From: an uncultured Pseudomonadota bacterium
GTDB taxonomy: Bacteria; Myxococcota_A; Polyangia; Fen-1088
Assembly (NCBI GenBank): GCA_963774325.1
Contig: CAVZEF010000005.1
Coordinates: 680,296 to 744,295 of the forward strand
Length of the DNA: 64,000 nt
Reading direction: 5' to 3'
Within the stretch, counting starts at the first letter, position 1. Each line of letters begins with the position of its first letter. The notes below the pieces were generated by a model. The model saw nothing but the letters and a program-made list of their open reading frames with translations. It had not been told where the DNA came from and searched no databases. Positions 31,523 through 42,311 of this stretch are shown here, piece by piece. The position numbers and the translations under genes are program-made.

Positions 31523-34102
31523 CTAGGGCGTCATCCAGCCGCCGTCGCGGTAGACCTGCCCCTGGTGCGCCGGCGTCCAGGGCGTCAGCGTGAAGGTGAT
31601 CGAGTTGGCCAGCGCCGACGGGAGGCGGGCCGCCGAGATCTCGGGGACGCAGTCGTGCTCGCGATCGGTGGTGATCGTGCGCGGGCTGCCCGGAGGCGTG
31701 AAGTTGTCGAGCGACCCTGACTCCGCGGTCAGCACGCGCTCCGCCATCTGCAGGCCGCCCAGGCCCATCGGTGTTCCCGTCAGGTCCAACCCCGACTTGC
31801 GCGCACTCGCTGGGCCAGGCGATGAGCTGGTCCTGGTCGCGATCGTCCCAGCCGTTCAGCACGAGCTTGTTGAGCCGGCCCACGCGAGTCCTCGATCAGC
31901 CGCGCCATCGCGTCGTTGCCGGGCAGGAGCGCGATGAGCTCGTAGGTGTCGCGCAGCGCGCCCTGCAGGATGCCGAAGCGGCGCGGGCGTGAACGTCACC
32001 GTCGGTCCGCGGTCGCCTGCGATGGCGCGGTAGACGCGCGCGCTCGGATCGTAGAAGGCGCTCTCGAGGCGCGCGAAGACGGCGGCGGCGCGGTCGCGGA
32101 TACTTTGGCGCGCCGGTGGCGAGATACGCGACGAGCAGGCCGCGGATCACCGCCGCGTGCCCGTCCAGGCTCGTCCCGCCGTCGGTCGCGGCGCCGCTGG
32201 GCCAGGTTCCAGCCGCCGTACGCCACGCCGTCGGCGGTGCTGAGCTTGTCGTAAAAGAGGCCGGCGAGGCCGTCGATGAGCTGGTCGAGGCGGGTCCCGA
32301 AGATCGACGCCGTCGATCGTGGGGAAGGCGTCGAGCGGCGTCGGGATCCCTGCGCGTCGGGCGTGGTGTTGGTGTAGAGCGTCGAGCTCCGAGTCGAGCG
32401 CGCGGCGCGCCGTGCGCAGCGCCAGCAGCGTGTACGCGGCGACGTCGCTCGACAGCGTCGTCCCGCGCGTCGCCGCGCCGCCCGCCAGCGTGGCGTCGTC
32501 GGCGAAGAGTCCGGTCGCCGGCGCGACGTGCAGCCGATCGATGTTGACGATCGCGACGCGCATCATCGCCAGCGCGCGATCGTGCAGCGTCGGCGATCCG
32601 TCGGGCGTCTGGTTCTGCACCGGGAAGGGATCGCCGTCGAAGTAGACCATCGCGGGCTGGCTGCCGCCGACGTCGGCGTTGCCAAGGTCGGTCAGCGAGT
32701 AGGCGCTCGCGTACGCGCCGAGGATGCCGGCCAGGTCCAGCAGATGGCTGTCGGCCGACGTGATGGCGTAGCCGGTCGGTCGCGGGAACCCGCTGGCGTC
32801 AGCGGTCTCGGTCACCTTGATCGCGGCCGGAAACCAGCGCAACGGGCTTTGCGGCGCGTACGCCAGCGCGTCGCTCAGGCTGGCGAAGCCGCCCAGCGTC
32901 GCTCCGTCGGTGGTCGTCAGTTGCGACAGCCACTGCTGCGCTTGGTTGTCGAGGATCTGGATGAAGTTGCCGGCCTGGAAGCCCTCGACGTCGCTCGACC
33001 CGAGGTAGGTGCCCGCCAGGACCGAGCCCGAGACCAGGTTGCCGGGTTGACCCACGAACGGGAGCTGTCCCGAAAAAACGCTGTCGACCGCGCCCTCCTT
33101 CCAGTTGTGCATGACCTGCAGGTAGTTCAGCGTCCACAGCGCTTCCTTCCAGTCGGTCCAACCGGACGGGCCCGGGCCGATGGTCATCGAGACCTGCGCC
33201 GCGCGGTCCGGCAGGTGCAGTGTCGTGTAGTCGCACTCGTATTCGTCGGAGATGACCGCGCCATGAAGGCCGCGGTTGTCGTCGGAGCTGAGCGAGCAGC
33301 CCGTGGCGTTGGTCGGCGCGATCGCCGGGTTCCACGACGAGAACGGTTGCAGCGTCGGCCAGAGCCCGGGCCACCCGAGGGGCACGTCGCCGGACGTCGC
33401 CATCACGAAACGGCTGACGGCGTTGCTCTCGACGCCCATCAGCGAGAACCAGGCCTGGCCGAGTTGCAGGGCGTCGAGACCGGTCGCGCCGGTCGGGTTC
33501 AGCACGGGCCCGAACAGCAGCGAGGTGCCGGCGCCCGATTCGAAGGCGATGTTGTTCATCGGCTGCTTCGAGTACTCGTACGATTCGACGGCCGACGAGT
33601 AGCCGGGGATGTCCAGTTGCTCGGTGCCGTCGGGATCGTTGGGGTCGACGTAGACGCTGGGCGAGCAGACGTCGAGCTGGCAGACGTAGTCGCGGCTGTA
33701 GCCGCCGGTGTCGCGCCCCATCGCCTCGGCGAACGGCTCACCGGATAGCTGCATCTCGACCGCGGCGATGAAGTGGTCCTCGGTGGCGAACGTGGTGTCG
33801 ACGGCGGTGACGGTCAGCGCCAGCGTCTGCGGCGGCGGTGGCGGCGGCGCCCCATCGTCGCTCGCATCGGTGAGCGAGGCGTCGACGTCGCCGTTGCCGC
33901 CGTCAGCGAGCGCGTCGGTGCGAGCGTCGGCGCCCGAGCCGCCACCCGCGCCGGTCGCCGCATCGGGGCGCGCCTCCGCCGGTGCATCGGCCTGCGCATC
34001 GCGGACAGACGAGCTAGCGGATTTCCAGCAGCCGGCGTTCGCCAGTGCGGGCGCCGCGATCATTGCGATCGCGGCGCGCCACAGGATCGGTCTCGACAAC
34101 AA
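31523..34102 (-). CDS. Large secreted hypothetical lipoprotein (multiple frameshifts at about 31.9-32.4 kb)
   Basis: Signal ending NAGC, Ala/Asp/Pro linker, long globular region; the C-terminal fragment ends ...VYRDGGWMTP-stop at 31523. Start codon uncertain. Confidence 0.65.
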
Positions 34103-34118
34103 CCCCGAGATCCCGTGC

Positions 34119-36018
34119 TCAGCGCCCGCGCCGGCGGCGCTGTCCCAACACGATCGCGAGGCCGGTCAGCAACCCGAGGCCGCCCAGGCCCATGCCCGCC
34201 GACGGAGCGTCGGCGACCACGCAGGCGCAACCGCCGCTCTCGCCGCCGCCGCTGGTTCCGGTGCTGCCACCCACGCTGCCACCGCTGGCGCCCGCCGAGC
34301 CGGTCGAGCCTGCGGTGCCCGTCGTGCCGCCCGAGCCGGTCGCGCCGCCCGCGCCACCCGACGTCGCGCCGCCCGCGCCGGTCGCCGTATCGGGCGAGCC
34401 GCCGTCGGTTCGACCGCCGGTGCCGCCCGCGCGTCCGCCGGTCCCGGCCATGCCGCCGGTCCCGCTCATGCCGCCCATGCCCGTGGCGCCGCCGCTCCCC
34501 ATCGCGCCGCCCGCACCGTTCGTGCTCTGGCCGACGGTGAAGGGGAAGGCGATCCTTCGACTGCACGCCGACCGCCGACACGAACAGGCTGTACGACCCC
34601 GGCGCCAGGCCCGCGGGCGTCGACGAACTGGGCGGTCTCGGGCGCGCTGCCCTTGCTGGGCATCATGTTGCTGAAGTTGAACGAGCGACAGAACGTAGAC
34701 GTTGCCCGCGGTGTCCTTGAGCCAGATGATCGGGTAGTTCTGCGGCGATGGTCATGTCGTCGCCCTCGTCGGACGCCGTTGACCAGGCCGCTGATCTGCG
34801 TGCCGGTCAGCGTGTAGTTGTTCTGGGCGGCGTTGAAGATCACCGACTGCACCACCGGCCGCCAGCTGTCGTCGGGCTGGCCGTCAGGCGTGAGGATCCA
34901 GTTCTGCGCCGCGGCCGTCACCATCACCGTGCCGTTCGGCAGGTTGACGTAGCCGATGGGGAAGGGATTGCCGCGATCGGGCGGCGGCGTGAACGACGTG
35001 ACCGTGTTGGTGGTCGGATCGAATTGCTGCAAGACCGTGCCCGGGCCGAACATGACGTTGACCAGCGCGCCCATCACCATGCCGTTGGGCAGGATGTCGC
35101 TGAACTCGTCTTCCGCCTCGTTGTCGAGCAGCGTCGGCCCCTTGACCCAGGTGCCCGGATCGCTGGCGGTCGCGCCGGGCGTGTAGATGTAGCTGTTCTT
35201 CTGGAGGCCGTAGACGAACACGCGCCCGTCGAACATCTGCGTGATGCCGCCCGTGTCGCCGGTGTTGAAGCCGGCGGGGACCGCGCCGGTGCGGATCCAC
35301 TTGTTGGTGGCCGGGTTGTAGATCGCCGCACCGGCGCCGTTGAAGCCGACCGCGAGCACGCCGCCGTTCTGCAGCGACGCCCAGGCGTTCTCGTCGCCGG
35401 TGTTGAGCGGCATCGACGGTCCGATCGTCCAGGTGTTGGCGACCGGATCGTAGATCTGGATCCCGCTACCGTTGCGCGTGCTGTCGAGGATGCGGCCGTC
35501 GCCCAGGTGGCGCTGCCGGTGTCGCCGATGTCCATCGGCGCCGTCGCCGCCGCGGTCCAGGTATTGGCGACCGGGTCGTAGATCTCGGTCGTCGGGCAGA
35601 GCGCCGCGGTGCAGGCCGGGCCGTCGATGAACTCGCCGCCGGCCTGGAAGAAGCGCCCGTCCTTGAGCATGTGCTGCTGCGCGCCGCCGCGCGCGTGCAC
35701 GCTGGCGGCGACTGACGTCCAGGTCCCCTTGGCGTAGTTGCCGGTCTTGTCCGGAGTCAGCACCACCCAGCGGTTGAGCGCGCTGCCGTGCGACAGTACG
35801 CGCCCGTCGGTGAGCATCCACATTCCGAAGGCATTGCCGCCGGCCTGGGTGTTGACCGGCGCAGCTGTCCAGGTGAACGCGTGGGCCGGCGAGGCGAGCG
35901 CGGCGAGCACCATCAACAGCGCAATGCCGCCGCCGGCCGACAGCCTGCGTGTGCGCTTGCGCACGGAAATGGAGTGAGGACGACGGGAAAGGAAACCTGC
36001 GGTGGGGTGAGATTCCAT
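34119..36018 (-). CDS. Secreted Kelch/galactose-oxidase-like beta-propeller protein with Gly/Thr linker and MYXO-CTERM anchor (frameshifted)
   Basis: Signal ..SPAHA, repeated L.DGRV...EIYDPVANTW blades, GGATG-rich linker, GGCACVV...GLGLLTGLAIVLGQRRRR. Confidence 0.75.
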
Positions 36019-36111
36019 CACGTCGAAGGTCACGGGGCCCGCGCGCGACGGCTCAAAGAAAGCTGAGTCATTTTCGCGCACCGCGAGAACCCGACTCAGG
36101 CGCGACCCCGG

Positions 36112-36240
36112 TCACTTCAGCGCGGGTCGTTCGACGAATGCGCGCAGCTGATCGAGTGCTTCGTCCCACTGCGCCGAGACCTGGTCCAGGCTCTCCCCGC
36201 ACCAAGCCGGCGTCCGCCAGCGTCATCAGGCGCTTGCCGC
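36112..36240 (-). pseudogene. Relic of an ArsR/SmtB-family regulator
   Basis: KRLMTLADAGLVR joined out of frame to LDQVSAQWDEALDQLRAFVE; the N-terminus and the wing are missing. Confidence 0.55.
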
Positions 36241-36257
36241 CGCCCGGACCGGAGCTG

Positions 36258-36956
36258 TCACCCCACGCGCACGAAGCGCCAGGCGTCGAGGAGCTTCTCG
36301 GACGGACGGTCTTCGATTGCATCCGCGTGGGCCACGAGGAGACGCTTCAACGGGAGCACGGCCATGCGATTGATCGACCGCGCGGCAGCGTCGTTGGGCG
36401 TGGTCTTCGTCCGCACGTCCGGCGGCGTTCGGACTTTGTCATAGCAACCCGTGAGCCGCGCGGCCCAGCGCCAGCTCCAATGGTCACGCGCGCAGGCGCT
36501 GATTACGATGTCCGCGCCGATGAGCGAGGCCGTCGGACGATGGAAGAACACCGTCTCGTCCAGAAAGGGACAGCCATCGAGCGGGATCGCGTCGAGCTCC
36601 TTCACCGCACCGAGGAACGCGGCGTCCCGTAGCCCCAGGTGGAGCTGGAGCTGCGGGTTGCGCGCTGTGGCCGAGGGCGGACCGACGACCCTCGCCGCCG
36701 GGAAGCGCGCGGCGGTGGCCCGCGCGCCGAGGTGATGGAAGCAGTTCGGCACGACGATCCAGCGAAGCTCGCCCAGCGCGCGGAGCGCTGCGCAGAACTC
36801 CTCCGTCGGCTCGGGCGGGCTGTGCACGAGGAGCCCGCCGTCGTCGAGTCGCAGCACCGTGCTCCGCGCGCGCAGGCGAACCCCGCCAAACCACACCGGC
36901 CGCTCGCTCACCCAGATCGCGTTCGGGACGACGACTGACAGTTCGCTTGTATCCAT
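36258..36956 (-). CDS. DUF4336-family protein (metallo-beta-lactamase-like fold)
   Basis: RSTVLRLDDGGLLVHSP, IVVPNCFHH, ETVFFHRPTASLIGAD, LLVAH. Confidence 0.85.
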   Translation of the reverse strand: MDTSELSVVVPNAIWVSERPVWFGGVRLRARSTVLRLDDGGLLVHSPPEPTEEFCAALRALGELRWIVVPNCFHHLGARATAARFPAARVVGPPSATARNPQLQLHLGLRDAAFLGAVKELDAIPLDGCPFLDETVFFHRPTASLIGADIVISACARDHWSWRWAARLTGCYDKVRTPPDVRTKTTPNDAAARSINRMAVLPLKRLLVAHADAIEDRPSEKLLDAWRFVRVG

Positions 36957-37076
36957 TCAGGACCCCGCGGTGGCCGTGCGTGGTGCCACGCGCTCTCAGG
37001 GCCCCGACGATAGAGTCCAGCCGACGACCGGTCAATGGGGACGGGTTGCGTTGTCGGGTTCGCAGGGCTCGCCCTG

Positions 37077-38183
37077 CTAGCCGCGGCCGACGAGGCGGAC
37101 GCGCAGTCGCGCGGCGCGCAGGAAGAGCGGTGAGTCGCGGAGCAGCGCCTCGACCGTCTCGGCCGGGACGCCGCGAGCGCTCGCACCGGCGCGCAGTGCG
37201 CGCACGTCGGCCTCGCCGCCTGCGCGGTCGAGCAGCTCGACCAGCGCCGCTTCGTTCGCCGTGAGCGCGACGGTCGGCTCGGGCGCGCGCCGTCGCAGCC
37301 AGCGGCCGTCGATCTCGACGCCGGCGACCTCCGACAGGTAGCGCTCGAGCACTCGACGGGGCACGCGGTCGGCGCGCGGGCGGCCCTTGTCGAGCGCGCA
37401 GCGCAGCTCGCCGAGCGCGATCCGATCGCACACGGCGAAGACCTGACCGACGGCGCGAGCCAATCGGCTGCCGTCGCCCGCGAACGAGAACCAATCCATG
37501 TCGTCGTCGAGCCAGCGCAGCTGCGGCAGCGCCACGAGCAGGCGGCAGACCATCGGCTTGCTGGTGTCGAACGCCTTCACGAGGCGCACGCGGTCGATGA
37601 CCGATTGCACGGTTGCCAGGCCCCAGAACGACACCAGACGCGCGGCGGTCGCGATCACCGTGGCGGAGAAGCCGTGGCCGTTGGCGGCGGTGGGCCAGAT
37701 CGAGTCGCAGGCCGTCACCGGCGCGGGCGTCTGGTCCGGCGAGGCGTCCGCTTCCTCGCACGCCGCGAGCAGGTCGACCAAGCAGCGGGCGCCGAAGCTG
37801 GGGAGTTGCAGGTAGCGGCCGACGGTCCAGCGCGGCTCCTTGGCGATCAGCGGCAGCACCCGGTCGATGACGCTGCGGGTTCGGTTCTCCAGCGCGAGCG
37901 ATCGCAGCGCGACCGTCGGATGCGGCATCGGCAGATCGAGCAGATCGCGTCCCAGGCTGCGCAGCGCGCGCGACGTCTGCAGCACGACGTCGCGTCCGAT
38001 GTGCTTGCGATCGAGCGTCGGGCTCGGCGGCCGCGCGTAGAGCTCGCCGAGCGCACGGGGCACCAGCACACCACGCGGCCGCGGATAGTCACTGTCGCGC
38101 GCGCCGATCTTTTGCGCGAGCTGCGAGCGATTGAGCAGCGGTGGCGCGAGGGGAGCGGCCGGAAATGCCATGCGCAGTTCCAT
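37077..38183 (-). CDS. Hypothetical protein with an RNA polymerase alpha-CTD-like HhH domain and probable winged-helix C-terminus
   Basis: LRSLALENRTRSVI...TVGRYLQLPSFGARCLVDL resembles the alpha-CTD pattern L.L..R..N.L...LL..PN.G.KSL.EI. Confidence 0.6.
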   Translation of the reverse strand: MELRMAFPAAPLAPPLLNRSQLAQKIGARDSDYPRPRGVLVPRALGELYARPPSPTLDRKHIGRDVVLQTSRALRSLGRDLLDLPMPHPTVALRSLALENRTRSVIDRVLPLIAKEPRWTVGRYLQLPSFGARCLVDLLAACEEADASPDQTPAPVTACDSIWPTAANGHGFSATVIATAARLVSFWGLATVQSVIDRVRLVKAFDTSKPMVCRLLVALPQLRWLDDDMDWFSFAGDGSRLARAVGQVFAVCDRIALGELRCALDKGRPRADRVPRRVLERYLSEVAGVEIDGRWLRRRAPEPTVALTANEAALVELLDRAGGEADVRALRAGASARGVPAETVEALLRDSPLFLRAARLRVRLVGRG

Positions 38184-38350
38184 GGAGCCATTCCATACAA
38201 GCAGATTGATCGCGCGGTCGCATCAATGAAGCGTAAACAACGCGCGATTTCCTCGAAAAAAGCCGCCATCCGTGCAGAAAGCAACATTGGCCTCCTCAAA
38301 GCATTGTGAGTTGCAATGACCGATGGAACAACGGTTGGGTGATTGCGAAT

Positions 38351-38366
38351 CGCAATGAAATGGCCA
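38351..38366 (-). promoter_or_regulatory. Candidate sigma54 (-24/-12) promoter
   Basis: Minus strand TGGCCATTTCATTGCG (GG-N10-GC, with TTGC) in an AT-rich intergenic region, overlapped by the palindrome ATTGCG-AAT-CGCAAT. Confidence 0.5.
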
Positions 38367-38510
38367 GGGATCGTGCATTGTGAAATGGTTCGTACGTCGC
38401 CAAGCCAACGAAGTTACGTCGATTTAGTGCCGAGGAAACGGCTGGTTAACGGCACACCGGTAGATTGCGGCCAAACGATCGTTTTCCACGATCCCTCAAG
38501 GAGAAGACCA

Positions 38511-40400
38511 ATGGCTGATTCACAATCGACCGGCCCCGCCCAGGGCACCAGTCGCGCCACCCTGGGCCTGACCGGGCTCACGATCAACGCCATGGCGTTG
38601 ATCGCGCCCGGCGCATTCCTGTGGCTGACTTTCCAGATTCAGTCCCTCTACGGCGCGCCGATGGCCGGATCGGCGATGTGGTTCGGGATCGTCGCCGCCT
38701 TGTTGCTGTGCCTGGCGACCGCGGTGAGCTACGCCGAGCTGTCCAAGCTCTATCCCGGCGCCGGCTCATCCTATTTCTTCGCGGAGCAGGCGTTTCTCAA
38801 CAAGACCCACGCGTTCAAGTTCGCGCGCGTCGCCAAGTTCATTACCGGGTGGGCCAGTCACCTTTATTACTGGGTCTACCCCGGCTGCATGGTCGGCGTG
38901 ACCGCGATCATCAGCGGCTATCTGCTGAACCAGTTCTTTCCCAATACGTTCAGCGGCACGTTCAATAGCCCCCTGTTCATGATCCTGTTCTGCGGCGTGT
39001 TCGCGCTCGGCGTGGCCTACATTGCATTTCGCGGTGTCACCGGCACCACGATGGTCAACATGGTCATCAACATCGTGCAGATCACCGCGCTGCTGGTCTT
39101 CTCGATCATCGCGATCGCCTACCGCGTGAATCATCCCGAAGGCGCGCGCGGCCTGCAGCTCGTCAACGGGACCCCGGTCGACTTCGTGGTCGCGCAGGAG
39201 CCGGTGATGGACAACGGCAAGCCCAAGCTCGACGGCGCCGGCCAGCCGGTGCTGCAGAACAAGATGGACACCGACGGAAACCCGGTGCCCGAGATGAAGG
39301 ACGGCAAGCCGGTGCCATACCTCCTGACCTATGCCGCCGATCAGGGCACGGTGATGGAGCCAACCGACGCCGATCACCCGAAGGACCTGACGCCGCACTT
39401 CAAGTTCCACCCGACCGCCAGCTCGGTCACCGCGCCGCACAACGTCTTCTTCATCTTCATCCAGGCCTGCATCGCGATCCTGATCCTCGTCGGGTTCGAG
39501 TCGGTGACGTCGATGGGCGAGGAAGCGAAGAACGCCAAGCGCGACATCCCGCGCGCGGTGTTGCTGTCGCTCGCGATTCAAGGCGCAGTCTGCTACCTGT
39601 TCGAGTACTTCGCCGCCAACTACTTCTTGAACCCCGGCTACAACCTGGCGGCCGCCGCCGGATCGGGCGCGCCGATCGGCGACATGATGGTCATGGTCGG
39701 CACCTGGCTGTTCGGCAGCTACTCGGCCGGCCGCGCCTTCATGCTCGTCGAGGCGTTCACCGTCTTCCTGGCGCTCATCGGCACCACGCTCGCCTGCCTG
39801 AACACCGGCGCGCGCGTGACCTACGCGATGGGCAAGGACGAGGAGGTGCCCGAGCACTTCGGCATGCTGCACGGCAAGAACCTGACGCCGCACCGATCGA
39901 TCTGGACGCTCGCGGTGATCTCCGCGGTCATCGGCATCGTCACCGTCTCGGTCTACCTCGGCGGCACGACGCCGGCGCCACTGGACCCGAAGTACGCCAA
40001 CATCTGGTACAGCTTCGGCATCTTCAACCCGGCGACGATCGCCAAGCTGCCCAACACGCTGGTCGTCGTCACGCTGATCAGCAACTTCGGCACGTTCCTG
40101 CTCTACATGCTCACGTGCATCATCGCGATCGTCGCGTTCCGCGAGCACCACTCGTTCAGCGGCTTCAAGCACATGTTCGTGCCGATGTTCGGCCTGGTCG
40201 CGAATTTGCTGTGCATGCTCTTCTACCTCGTCGGTCCGTTCACCGTCTCGGGCATGAGCGTCAAGGAGCCGTACATCGCGCTGGCGGTCTGCGCGGCGTG
40301 GGGCGTCTACGGCGCCCTCTACTTCGCTCGCACGAGCAAGGTGAAGGGAAAGTCGGTCCTGCTCGAACAGCGTCCGAGCCCGTCGACGGCCATCACCTGA
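38511..40400 (+). CDS. APC-family (amino acid/polyamine/organocation) permease with a large loop insertion
   Basis: AMALIAPGAF, YAELSKLYPGAGSSY, GFESVTSMGEEAKN..RDIPRA, ARVTYAMGKD; SD AAGGAG. Confidence 0.92.
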   Translation: MADSQSTGPAQGTSRATLGLTGLTINAMALIAPGAFLWLTFQIQSLYGAPMAGSAMWFGIVAALLLCLATAVSYAELSKLYPGAGSSYFFAEQAFLNKTHAFKFARVAKFITGWASHLYYWVYPGCMVGVTAIISGYLLNQFFPNTFSGTFNSPLFMILFCGVFALGVAYIAFRGVTGTTMVNMVINIVQITALLVFSIIAIAYRVNHPEGARGLQLVNGTPVDFVVAQEPVMDNGKPKLDGAGQPVLQNKMDTDGNPVPEMKDGKPVPYLLTYAADQGTVMEPTDADHPKDLTPHFKFHPTASSVTAPHNVFFIFIQACIAILILVGFESVTSMGEEAKNAKRDIPRAVLLSLAIQGAVCYLFEYFAANYFLNPGYNLAAAAGSGAPIGDMMVMVGTWLFGSYSAGRAFMLVEAFTVFLALIGTTLACLNTGARVTYAMGKDEEVPEHFGMLHGKNLTPHRSIWTLAVISAVIGIVTVSVYLGGTTPAPLDPKYANIWYSFGIFNPATIAKLPNTLVVVTLISNFGTFLLYMLTCIIAIVAFREHHSFSGFKHMFVPMFGLVANLLCMLFYLVGPFTVSGMSVKEPYIALAVCAAWGVYGALYFARTSKVKGKSVLLEQRPSPSTAIT

Positions 40401-40417
40401 CGGTCGGCCGCCGGACG

Positions 40418-41254
40418 TTGGAAGCGGAAGGGCAAGAGAAAGACGAGCAACCCGCGGCGTGCGCATTCGAGGCCTCCGTCGTTTCGGACGTCGGCACCGA
40501 GCGCGAGCACAACGAAGACGAGTGTGCTTGCTTCGCCGAGAGCGCCACCGCGGGCATCGTCGCCATCGCCGACGGGGTCTCGAGCTACCCCGCCGGCGAG
40601 ACGGCGAGCCGCACCGCGATCGAGGCCACGGTGCGCAGCTACCGCCAGCTCGCGGGCATGAAGCTGGACCGGCGGTTGCCGCGCGCGGTGCAACAGGCGA
40701 ACATCGACGTCTATGACCTCGGCGTCGTCGTCCCCGAGCTTCGCGGGATGGCGACGACGCTGACGGCGCTGGCCATCGAGGACGGCGCGCTCACCGCCGC
40801 GCACGTCGGCGACTGCCGGCTCTATCTGTGCCGCGCCGGCGAGATCACCCAGCTCACCAAGGACCACACCGTCACCGGCGAGCGCGTGCGCATGGGACTC
40901 ATGAGCGAGAAGCGCGCGCGCGACCACCGGGACCGGTCGACGCTGACCCGCTGCCTGGGCCGCGAGCTGATCGTGGCCATCGATCGCATCGGCGCGCCGC
41001 TGCGCCAGGGCGACGCGCTGATCCTGTGCAGCGACGGGCTCTACAACGTCGTCGCCGAGCTGGAGATGCTGGAGATCGTGCGCGGTCAGCCGGCGGCCGT
41101 CGCGAGCCGCGCGCTGCTCGACGCGGCCAACGAACGCGGCACGCCGGACAACGTCAGCGTCGCGGTGATCAACATGATCGGCGCGACGCCGGAGCCGCCC
41201 CCGCGGCGCGGCGCGCTGCGACACCTGGCGCGCTGGATCGGCCGCCGCGCGTGA
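40418..41254 (+). CDS. PP2C-family Ser/Thr protein phosphatase
   Basis: SDVG..REHNED, IADGV, HVGDCRLY, LTKDH, LCSDGL, GTPDNVS; TTG start is approximate. Confidence 0.9.
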   Translation: MEAEGQEKDEQPAACAFEASVVSDVGTEREHNEDECACFAESATAGIVAIADGVSSYPAGETASRTAIEATVRSYRQLAGMKLDRRLPRAVQQANIDVYDLGVVVPELRGMATTLTALAIEDGALTAAHVGDCRLYLCRAGEITQLTKDHTVTGERVRMGLMSEKRARDHRDRSTLTRCLGRELIVAIDRIGAPLRQGDALILCSDGLYNVVAELEMLEIVRGQPAAVASRALLDAANERGTPDNVSVAVINMIGATPEPPPRRGALRHLARWIGRRA

Positions 41255-41293
41255 TAAGGTGCGCCGCGTGTCTCCCCGCGACGCCGTGAGCGC

Positions 41294-42307
<1,014 letters not shown>

Positions 42308-42311
<4 letters not shown>

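Noticed and set aside
34119-34520. GGC/ACC-rich tandem-like DNA (also at 52860-53760)
   Set aside because: Explained by Gly/Thr/Ala linker coding in myxobacterial surface proteins, not an independent repeat element.
38450-38470. Plus-strand sigma54 promoter for the APC operon (CGGCACACCGGTAGATTGC)
   Set aside because: The spacing between GG and GC is wrong for a -24/-12 promoter.
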